NCBI GenBank assembly: GCA_964495685.1
Contig: CAZBVQ010000002.1
Coordinates: 107,284 to 171,283 of the forward strand
Length of the DNA: 64,000 nt
Source: an uncultured Candidatus Saccharibacteria bacterium
Lineage (GTDB): Bacteria; Patescibacteriota; Minisyncoccia; Phycocordibacterales; PALSA-1337
Direction of reading: 5' to 3'
Below, piece by piece: positions 56,837 through 64,000 of this stretch (position 1 is its first letter; every line of letters starts with the position of its first letter). The notes under the pieces are model-generated. The model ran no database searches. It had not been told where the DNA came from and saw only the letters and a program-made list of their open reading frames with translations. Position numbers and translations under genes: made by a program.

Positions 56837-59800
56837 ATGGCCAAACTTCTTCGAGTTCATCTTGCCGGCGTTGGACATCCAGATGCCCGCTTCCACCCTT
56901 TGTCGTTACGTCTTGATCAGAAAGGGTTGCCGATGAATTCCGTGGTAAACCTTCGCAATGCTGGCGGCAAGACATCGCTCCTGTCCTTGATCTACGCTGT
57001 TCTCCTGCCAGGCAAGCATGATTTTCTGGGGAAGGTGAACAACAGCAACCGTACACTTGATGAAAACTTCAACCCAGGAAAACTGGGTGTCGTCGCGCTG
57101 GAAATGGAAAGCCAAGCGGGCCGATTCAGTCTGATCTTGGCGTGGGTGCGCCGGGAACGGGAGGACCCGCCCACACTCCTTTCGTTTCGTTCCGGTCGCG
57201 ATGGAATCGAGTTTGATACGCTGCCGATTCAAGGTTTGAGTTCGGCACCTGTGGCAACGCTGTCAGAACTTTTGAGCTGGCTCAATGATCGGCATAGCCG
57301 ATCACCAGGCAACGTAGATCTGTATGTCGCCTCCAACTTTCGCGAATGGCAACTTCATCTCAAAACGCAGCGGGGAGTTGATTCGTACCTTTACCGAAGT
57401 CATTTGCAAATGAACAAGGCGGAAGGCGCAGTGGACGAGGAATTTAAGTTCACAAAAACCAACGACTTCATTCGGCGTTATCTTGAATTCGCCGTCGAAC
57501 CGCCCACGATGGGTCGTGAAGCTGAAGATCCGGTAACGGCCAACCTCAATGAGCACCGCCACGCGCTCATGAAGCAGCCGCACTACCGGAAAGAGCAGGA
57601 ATTCATCCAGGAAATGGTGCCTCACCTACAGGAGTTGGATGGCCATGCGCAACGGAAACGAAACGCGGATTCGGAGCGAAATGCAGCCGTTTCTGAACTT
57701 CAACAGCATGCGGATGGGGTTTTGTTTCTGGAGTCAAAGTTTCGCGCGGACGAGAAAACATACGCGACCGACTATGTCACCAAAAAGGGAGAACGGGACG
57801 AATTGGTGCGAAAACGCGATAATGCGAAGCGTCACGCTGCTGGATATGATCGCCGGGGCAAGGAACTAAAAATCGACGAAGCTGAAAAGGCCCGGGCAGA
57901 TGCCCAGAATAAAGCCCAACAATGCCTTGAGCGGTTTCACTTGGTTTCCGCAGCAATGCTGTGGCGTGACGTTCGGGGCGCCAAGGTTATGCTTGCGGCA
58001 TTGGTGGAACAACGCGAGCAATTGGACCAGGAGCTTCGTCCGGAGTTGGAGGAGGTTCAGCGGCGCGCTCTCCGTCTAAGTGCCGCGTTTGAAGAAGCAA
58101 TTGAAAATGCTCAATTCGCCTTGGAGGAAGTTAACGAGCAGAATTTGCAGTTGGGAACAACTTTAAGCCAGCAGCGTAAGGAATTAAAAGAATTGGAAGC
58201 CAAATGGTCCACGCTCACCAATGAACTTAGCAAGATCAACGGGCAGATCGATTTGACGAACAAGGCACGTGCACGCCTTGTATCTGACAGAATCGTACAA
58301 CCGCGCGAGGAAGTATCCGATGCAGAGGCTCGGCTAGGCACTGAAATTCAAAAGTTTGACGAAACGGCCAAATCCCTCCGCAATGATGCCATTAACGCCC
58401 GTGGCCGGGCCGGGATTCATCGTGCGGAAGCCGAACGACTTTCGAAACTGGCTGAGCAGTCCAAGAATATTGCGGCACAAGCCCGCTCCGATATCGGTCG
58501 GTTCGAGAAAAACCGGGACGCTTGTGCCGACCTTGAAGCGGTGCAGGAAATTCTTGAAGGTGGCCCATTCGACCCGTTCAACCCGGGCGTTGTCGATGCG
58601 TTGCAAGGGAGGGAAAAAGGATACCGTCACCAGCTCCTTGCTTTGGGAATTGAAAGGGCCGAAGACAAACGTCTGATTGATCATTATGATGCCGATAAGC
58701 ATCCGCTTTTCCCAGTCCCGCGCGAGGTTGAAAACCTCCTCGTGCGATTACGCGACGAGCAAAAAATACGTGGGATTCTCACGGCTTACGAATGGTTAAG
58801 CGCCAACTTGCCAGTGGATCAGGCGCAAGTCCGTCTGCAATCGGATCCAGCCACCTATAGCGGTTTGGTCGCGAATACCCTGGCGGACCTGGAAGCCGCC
58901 ACACTGGCCTTTTCAAAGTTCCCACTTTCTCGCCCCGTCAAAATTACATTGTCCAGCACGCTGGCGGCTTTCACGAGCAATTCAACCGCCACCGTAATCC
59001 CGGAACGGGCCGGTCTTTTCAACTCTCAAGCAGCAACAGTCGAACGCGGACAAATTCTCGAACACCAAAGTCAACTGGATCGTCAAGAAATCGAACTCGC
59101 TCAAATGGCCGAGGCTTTTGGAACCGCGGCCAATCAGGTCGGGGGTTTCCAGAAAGAGTTCGTCGTTGACTGGATCGAAGAAAGACGACGTTCGTTGGCT
59201 GAGAATGAAGCACTGACGTTTCAACACAACGCTTCTGCTGCGGCAGAACAGTCATCGGTCAACAGTGCTGATCAGGAAGCGCAGCGAGCAGACGCAGAGG
59301 CTTCTAGTTGCGAGACAAAAGCGGGCAGCGCCAGAACACAACTTGCTCAAGTCATAGACTTCCGGAATAACTTTGGTAATCAACTGGGCGAATGGCTCAA
59401 GCGACAAAAAGAACTGGCCGATCAAATTGCTGCAAACCAAGCTGAGCGAGGCTTGGTGGACGCACGCATTCGCGATCTGGAATCTCACGTTCCTCAAATG
59501 GCGGAAAGAGCGCAGAAAGCCGGAGTCCGGGTGATTGAACTGCGCTTGGCAAAGAGCAACGCAAAGTTAAGCACTTATCTTCCGCCGGATCCTCCTCCGG
59601 TGGCTCACGGCGATATCACCACGGAAGAACTCCCTTTTACCACCGCCCGCGATACTTACGAAAACAAAGCCCGGAAGGGGCCTTTGGAAACCGCGATCAG
59701 TTCGGCCCAACAGAGGCTTACAAACTGTGAAGGAGCTTTTGCTCGCGATGGCCACGGGAAAACATCTGAGCACGTCGCTGCTCTCTCCGCGGCTCCAGAC

Positions 59801-61180
59801 CTGGACATACAGGTGGAAACGGCGAAAAGGGATGACATCAATGCCAAAACCACACTCGCCGTTGCGCAAAAAGAATTGTCTCTGGCCGAGAGGGAACGTC
59901 CCAAGCCGTTGGGTGTCAATGAGCGTGCTGACCTTGATCCAGACCTGCCTGAACCCGTGACTGCGGCGGAGGCAATACAGATTAAGGACGAGAAGCTGCA
60001 GATCATGAGTGATTTTCATGATCAAGCAGAGGCCTTGCGAGATATCGTGAGCGAGCTGGAAAACAAGCAGCGGGAGGCCAAGTCGGTTGCCGATCAGTAT
60101 CGGAACATGGCGGACTTAACTTCCCCTGCGCGAGCTGCCGAGCCAAAGGAATATCAGGGATTAGTTGGCAATCCTGACAGAGATCGTGACCACATCAGGT
60201 CTGTGAAGCGGCGCTATGAAGATGCCAAAAAACTTCACGAGGAGCTTGCCGCAAAGATGGAACGCATCCACGACAATCACATCGAGATACTGGTGAAGCA
60301 CGAAAAATGGGATCGCTTTACGGTTGATATTCGTGACCGTTTGCGTCGGTTCACCCGTGCTGATTATGAGGCAAATACGATTCAGCTGATTCAGGATTGC
60401 AATGAACGCAAGGCTGGGTTGGAGGCGAAGCTGCAGGAGATCGAAAAAGTCAGGGGTGTGCTAATTGACCAGCTCTACAATCGTGCGAATGAGGCACTGC
60501 GTTCACTTGAGCACGCAGCCCGCCTAAGTCGGATGCCGGAAGGAGTTGGTGCGTGGTCTGGCCAGCCATTTCTGAAAGTACATGTTCCGGCCCGAGCTCC
60601 CCAGGCCGAGCGCCGCGTTCTATTAAGTCGCTTGATGGATTCGTGGATGTCGCCCCAAAAGAAGGACATGACCATCCCCCGCGGAGCCGAGCTCGCTTAT
60701 GAGTGTCTGATCGCCGTCATGAATCAACGGGAAATCGATATCGAAATCCTCAAGCCTGAAGCTTTTGATCCATTGGTTTGCAATTACCAGCCGGTGACAA
60801 AGCTTGCATCCTTTTCCGGTGGCCAGCGCGTGACGGCAGCCATCCTCCTATATTGCGTCATTGTTCGGGTTCGATCTGACCAGGGCGATATTTTGACCGA
60901 CTGTGGTTTCTTGATGCTCGACAATCCTTTTGGCAAGGCCAGTCATTTCCCCTTGGTGGAACTGCAATTGAAGATGGCTAACGTAATGGGAGTGCAGTTG
61001 ATTTACATGACCGGGATCAATGATCTGGAAGCCCTAGCGTCGTTCCCATTACGTTTGCGTCTCCGTAACAGCGCGCGTAATACGGCAAATGGCGAGCGCG
61101 TGGTCCAGCACGAATTACATACGGTCGAAGCAGTCCGCCTTGGTGAATCCGCCCCAAATGGAAACGCAACTCGTTCTTGA
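56837..61180 (+). CDS. jetC: Wadjet JetC-like SMC ATPase
   Basis: NAGGKTS Walker A, long coiled coil, FSGGQ signature, LMLDNPFGKAS Walker B. Confidence 0.88.
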   Translation: MAKLLRVHLAGVGHPDARFHPLSLRLDQKGLPMNSVVNLRNAGGKTSLLSLIYAVLLPGKHDFLGKVNNSNRTLDENFNPGKLGVVALEMESQAGRFSLILAWVRREREDPPTLLSFRSGRDGIEFDTLPIQGLSSAPVATLSELLSWLNDRHSRSPGNVDLYVASNFREWQLHLKTQRGVDSYLYRSHLQMNKAEGAVDEEFKFTKTNDFIRRYLEFAVEPPTMGREAEDPVTANLNEHRHALMKQPHYRKEQEFIQEMVPHLQELDGHAQRKRNADSERNAAVSELQQHADGVLFLESKFRADEKTYATDYVTKKGERDELVRKRDNAKRHAAGYDRRGKELKIDEAEKARADAQNKAQQCLERFHLVSAAMLWRDVRGAKVMLAALVEQREQLDQELRPELEEVQRRALRLSAAFEEAIENAQFALEEVNEQNLQLGTTLSQQRKELKELEAKWSTLTNELSKINGQIDLTNKARARLVSDRIVQPREEVSDAEARLGTEIQKFDETAKSLRNDAINARGRAGIHRAEAERLSKLAEQSKNIAAQARSDIGRFEKNRDACADLEAVQEILEGGPFDPFNPGVVDALQGREKGYRHQLLALGIERAEDKRLIDHYDADKHPLFPVPREVENLLVRLRDEQKIRGILTAYEWLSANLPVDQAQVRLQSDPATYSGLVANTLADLEAATLAFSKFPLSRPVKITLSSTLAAFTSNSTATVIPERAGLFNSQAATVERGQILEHQSQLDRQEIELAQMAEAFGTAANQVGGFQKEFVVDWIEERRRSLAENEALTFQHNASAAAEQSSVNSADQEAQRADAEASSCETKAGSARTQLAQVIDFRNNFGNQLGEWLKRQKELADQIAANQAERGLVDARIRDLESHVPQMAERAQKAGVRVIELRLAKSNAKLSTYLPPDPPPVAHGDITTEELPFTTARDTYENKARKGPLETAISSAQQRLTNCEGAFARDGHGKTSEHVAALSAAPDLDIQVETAKRDDINAKTTLAVAQKELSLAERERPKPLGVNERADLDPDLPEPVTAAEAIQIKDEKLQIMSDFHDQAEALRDIVSELENKQREAKSVADQYRNMADLTSPARAAEPKEYQGLVGNPDRDRDHIRSVKRRYEDAKKLHEELAAKMERIHDNHIEILVKHEKWDRFTVDIRDRLRRFTRADYEANTIQLIQDCNERKAGLEAKLQEIEKVRGVLIDQLYNRANEALRSLEHAARLSRMPEGVGAWSGQPFLKVHVPARAPQAERRVLLSRLMDSWMSPQKKDMTIPRGAELAYECLIAVMNQREIDIEILKPEAFDPLVCNYQPVTKLASFSGGQRVTAAILLYCVIVRVRSDQGDILTDCGFLMLDNPFGKASHFPLVELQLKMANVMGVQLIYMTGINDLEALASFPLRLRLRNSARNTANGERVVQHELHTVEAVRLGESAPNGNATRS

Positions 61181-62183
61181 AGCGGTTCAAGCCGCTATGC
61201 CGTCGGGGCGCACGCAGACCGATGTATTGTCTGTTTTTAATGCTCTTGCTGAACGCATGCCTCGATTGAAAACCGATCAGAACCGATGGGAGACTTTCGT
61301 CGATCTCCTAGGCGCCGCCGAAACGGAGGGACTCATTGTCCTGCCTTCACGCCTCGGGGCTGGATGGAACCAGGAGGTTATGCCAGCTCGACCCCAGTGG
61401 ATAAGACTTGCATTAACCAGAGAGCCTAGGGAAGTGTTTAACCATCGCGGGTTTCCGTGGAACTCCGCTCTCTCATTCCTGGCCGGAGAGAGAAGTCTGC
61501 CAACAGGAATTCGTGATGCCGCCGTCTCGATCCAGCAGTTCTTCGCCACGAATGGTCTGTCCCGACCGTTCGTTCCCGTCAAAGAACGGTCATTCGCAAT
61601 TTTTGGTGAGGAGAAACGGCTTGGCGCGCTCCAACACTCCGAGATTCTGTTCGGTCCTGGAAAATTGTCGCTCGAACAATTGCGCTGCTATGTGGTCGAG
61701 CCGACGCCCGTGACGGAACGATTTGATCAGGGTCACGGGATCATAGTTTTGGAAAACGAAGCCACCTTCGACTCATTTTGCCGGCTTTGTCGGCACACAC
61801 CCGCCTACCAACTCGTGGTCTATGGCCGCGGCCATGAAATCCAGAAATGCGCCGCTTATCTCAACCGCGAAGCCAGCCGATTGGGTGTTACAGAAATGTT
61901 TTACTTCGGCGACATTGACCGACGCGGCCTGGAAATCCCCTATCAACTGGCACATGACCCAGCCACCAAGGTGAAAGTCATACCCTTGCTTTTGGCTTAT
62001 AAGTTCCTCCTACGCCGTACCGCCTCTGCACCCTGTCATGTTTCTGAGGCTTGCCTGTGGTTACCCGAGCCATTAGCCACTTTGGCTGCAACCGTAATAG
62101 CTGAAGCAGGTCGCATCCCGCAAGAAGCATTCGGTTGGGAAGACATTTCGACAACTTATGGCATCGATCCTTTTATTACATAA
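61158..62183 (+). CDS. jetD: Wadjet JetD-like Toprim nuclease (DUF2220-like)
   Basis: KERSF.IFGEEK, VLENEATF, YGRG, YFGDIDRRG, IPQE; start at METQL. Confidence 0.85.
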   Translation: METQLVLEAVQAAMPSGRTQTDVLSVFNALAERMPRLKTDQNRWETFVDLLGAAETEGLIVLPSRLGAGWNQEVMPARPQWIRLALTREPREVFNHRGFPWNSALSFLAGERSLPTGIRDAAVSIQQFFATNGLSRPFVPVKERSFAIFGEEKRLGALQHSEILFGPGKLSLEQLRCYVVEPTPVTERFDQGHGIIVLENEATFDSFCRLCRHTPAYQLVVYGRGHEIQKCAAYLNREASRLGVTEMFYFGDIDRRGLEIPYQLAHDPATKVKVIPLLLAYKFLLRRTASAPCHVSEACLWLPEPLATLAATVIAEAGRIPQEAFGWEDISTTYGIDPFIT

Positions 62184-62992
62184 TGGGCAATCGAACAAAC
62201 ACTGACAATTGGACCGCTCGTGAGCGTTTGGTGCATATTGAACGCCTTGCTTATTGGCGCGGTTGGCTACGGCGAGGGGATCTTTGTGCTCGGTTTGAAA
62301 TATCCATATCTCAAGCCTCGGCGGATCTTGCGGCCTACATGCGATTGAATCCTGGGGCCCTCCATTATGACAGCAGCGCCAAACAATACGTTGGGGCCCC
62401 TAACATGTCTTGCCGACTGGTGACGCCGACTCTCGAAGATGCATTGCCCTTCATCGCTGTATCCAAACTCGTCGCATTTTCTGAGCATGACCAAATTGTC
62501 CGCATTGATCTGCCCCATCGGTGTGTTCCGCCACGCGCGGCACGCGACATTATACGGGCTATTGCCAATAAGTTGTCTTTGGAAATTTATTATTTCTCGA
62601 TTCACTCCGCGACCGAACAGTGGCGCCGGATTTCCCCCCATGCGCTCGCCCACGATGGCTATCGCTGGCATGTAAGAGCGTGGTGTCACCAAGGTAATGA
62701 ATATAAGGATTTTGTCCTTGGCCGAATCGGTAAAACTCGTTCCCTTGCAAGTGAAGGTGTGTCGCCCAAGCCTGATGAGGACTGGATAACATGGGTCACA
62801 TTGCATTTGCGGCCATACCGACGATTGTCATCAGTACAACGAAAAGCGATTGAACACGACTATGCGATGAGCGGTGGAATTACCGCTCTTAAAGTTCGGA
62901 AGGCAATGCTGATTTACACACTTTCCTATCTCCGGCTCACTCCAGAGATGGCAGAATTGGCGCGCCATTTGGAGGTTGTTAAATTTGACTGA
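62183..62992 (+). CDS. WYL-domain transcriptional regulator (CapW/BrxR-like)
   Basis: 'RLVHIE..AYWRG..RRGDL..RFEIS.SQASADL..Y', 'RISPHAL.HDG.RWHVRAWC', 'DFVLGRI'; TAATG-coupled to jetD. Confidence 0.88.
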   Translation: MGNRTNTDNWTARERLVHIERLAYWRGWLRRGDLCARFEISISQASADLAAYMRLNPGALHYDSSAKQYVGAPNMSCRLVTPTLEDALPFIAVSKLVAFSEHDQIVRIDLPHRCVPPRAARDIIRAIANKLSLEIYYFSIHSATEQWRRISPHALAHDGYRWHVRAWCHQGNEYKDFVLGRIGKTRSLASEGVSPKPDEDWITWVTLHLRPYRRLSSVQRKAIEHDYAMSGGITALKVRKAMLIYTLSYLRLTPEMAELARHLEVVKFD

Positions 62993-63065
62993 CAAGCCTG
63001 TGTTCACTCATGACTCACCCGCCCGGCCAAGCTGGGTGTTGGTCAATCGTTTCCAGTACGTCGGG

Positions 63066-63347
63066 CTATCTCTCCCATCGTCCGCAATACGCCTCGTTGA
63101 AATGCTTCACCAGTTTCCAATATTTTTCAGGGTCAGTTTCCTTCATGGTCAAAAGCTCCGCCAGTTTGGCTGAAGCTCCAATCATGAGTTTCTTCATCTC
63201 GTCATCCGTGATGCGCGAAAGCTCCGGCTTTTCCAGAAGTTCTGAGTATTTGCCGGCGTGCAGTTCTTCAATGTAACCATTTCGAAATGCACAGCACGTC
63301 AGAGCATTGGCTTCTTCCCTTTTTGTCCACGAGCGTTCCATATCCAT
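63066..63347 (-). CDS. Conserved-looking hypothetical protein
   Basis: 'AFRNGYIEELHAG...SRITDDEMKKLM'; start reassigned. Confidence 0.7.
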   Translation of the reverse strand: MDMERSWTKREEANALTCCAFRNGYIEELHAGKYSELLEKPELSRITDDEMKKLMIGASAKLAELLTMKETDPEKYWKLVKHFNEAYCGRWER

Positions 63348-63541
63348 GATGGACGAAATTTTAGCAGAAATAATCAACGCCGGCAATGTGTGCTGCCAGC
63401 AAAACGACACCGCTAACGAATCAGTGAGTCCACTGTTTTCTTGAGCGAATATGAAATCAGTTCGAGGAAGCTTGGGAACTTGCCTCAAGCGGCAAACCCT
63501 GACGCCTACTGTCTCCGCTTTGCATCCGCCATGATGGTGCG

Positions 63542-64000
63542 ATGCAATCACGCCTTCCCCGCTTCAATCGCGCTTCCACGGTTGCTCCCATGCAACTCAC
63601 GGAGCGCGACCGCGAAATCATCCGGCTCGTCCACCGGCATCGTTTTCTCCGTTCCCCACATATCGTGGCGCTCATTGGCGGCAGTCAACAGCAGGTCTTG
63701 CGAAGATTGCATTTGCTCTACCATCACGGTTTTTTGGAGCGGCCCCGCACACAGATCGACTCATATTACAAAATCGGCTCCCGCCCCATTGCCTACGGGT
63801 TAGGAAACAAAGGTGGGATGCTTTTGCGGCAGGAGTTTGGTGTTAATCCCCGTGAAATATCTTGGAGTGAAAAGAACAGTTCCGTTGGCCGGACATTCCT
63901 TGAGCACGCGCTTTTTGTTTCGGATGTGATGGTCGCGATTGAACTCGCCTGCCGGGCGCGCGGGATTCGCCTTGTGGCCGAGCATGAGCTTGCCATTCCG
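63542..64000 (+). CDS. Replication-relaxation (Replic_Relax) family relaxase, partial
   Basis: Manual translation MQSRLPRF...LTERDREII..VHRHRFL...RRLHLL...FLEHAL; open to window end. Confidence 0.85.
   Translation, partial: MQSRLPRFNRASTVAPMQLTERDREIIRLVHRHRFLRSPHIVALIGGSQQQVLRRLHLLYHHGFLERPRTQIDSYYKIGSRPIAYGLGNKGGMLLRQEFGVNPREISWSEKNSSVGRTFLEHALFVSDVMVAIELACRARGIRLVAEHELAIP

Noticed and set aside
1-64000. CRISPR array or cas genes
   Set aside because: No regularly spaced 25-45 bp repeats with unique spacers and no cas motifs seen

Overview
The window falls into three blocks. (1) 1-~18,200: a minus-strand, podovirus-like (P22-style layout) phage region with tail/nozzle/adaptor, capsid, scaffold, portal, large and small terminase, two DNA methyltransferases, a RusA-like nuclease, a lambda-O-like initiator containing iterons, an AAA_24 ATPase and a SymE-like gene. 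It abuts the gap terminator and has no visible integrase or repressor. (2) ~18,270-45,550: chromosome that looks like Patescibacteria (CPR/Parcubacteria). It carries gap, pyrD, a MacAB/LolCDE-type ABC exporter, lexA and a liv-type ABC locus with six binding-protein paralogues. It also holds an atypical tRNA-Ala-like RNA, and two 90-bp att-like repeats that encode a conserved startless peptide tail and flank an NYN nuclease paired with a small pseudoknot RNA. (3) ~45,600-64,000: a higher-GC, Verrucomicrobia-like mobile island with orphan genes, an intact ISAs1 (10-bp TSD), a ~400-nt highly structured non-coding region, a VirD4/TraD-like coupling ATPase, a Wadjet-like jetABCD operon coupled to a CapW-like WYL regulator, and a replication-relaxation relaxase. 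The top leads are a C5 methyltransferase whose TRD-like segments sit in a nested alternative frame, the att/peptide-tail swap elements, and the NYN plus pseudoknot RNA pair. All family and taxonomic calls come from motif recognition by eye, not database searches, and the block 2/3 junction may be an assembly or concatenation artefact.
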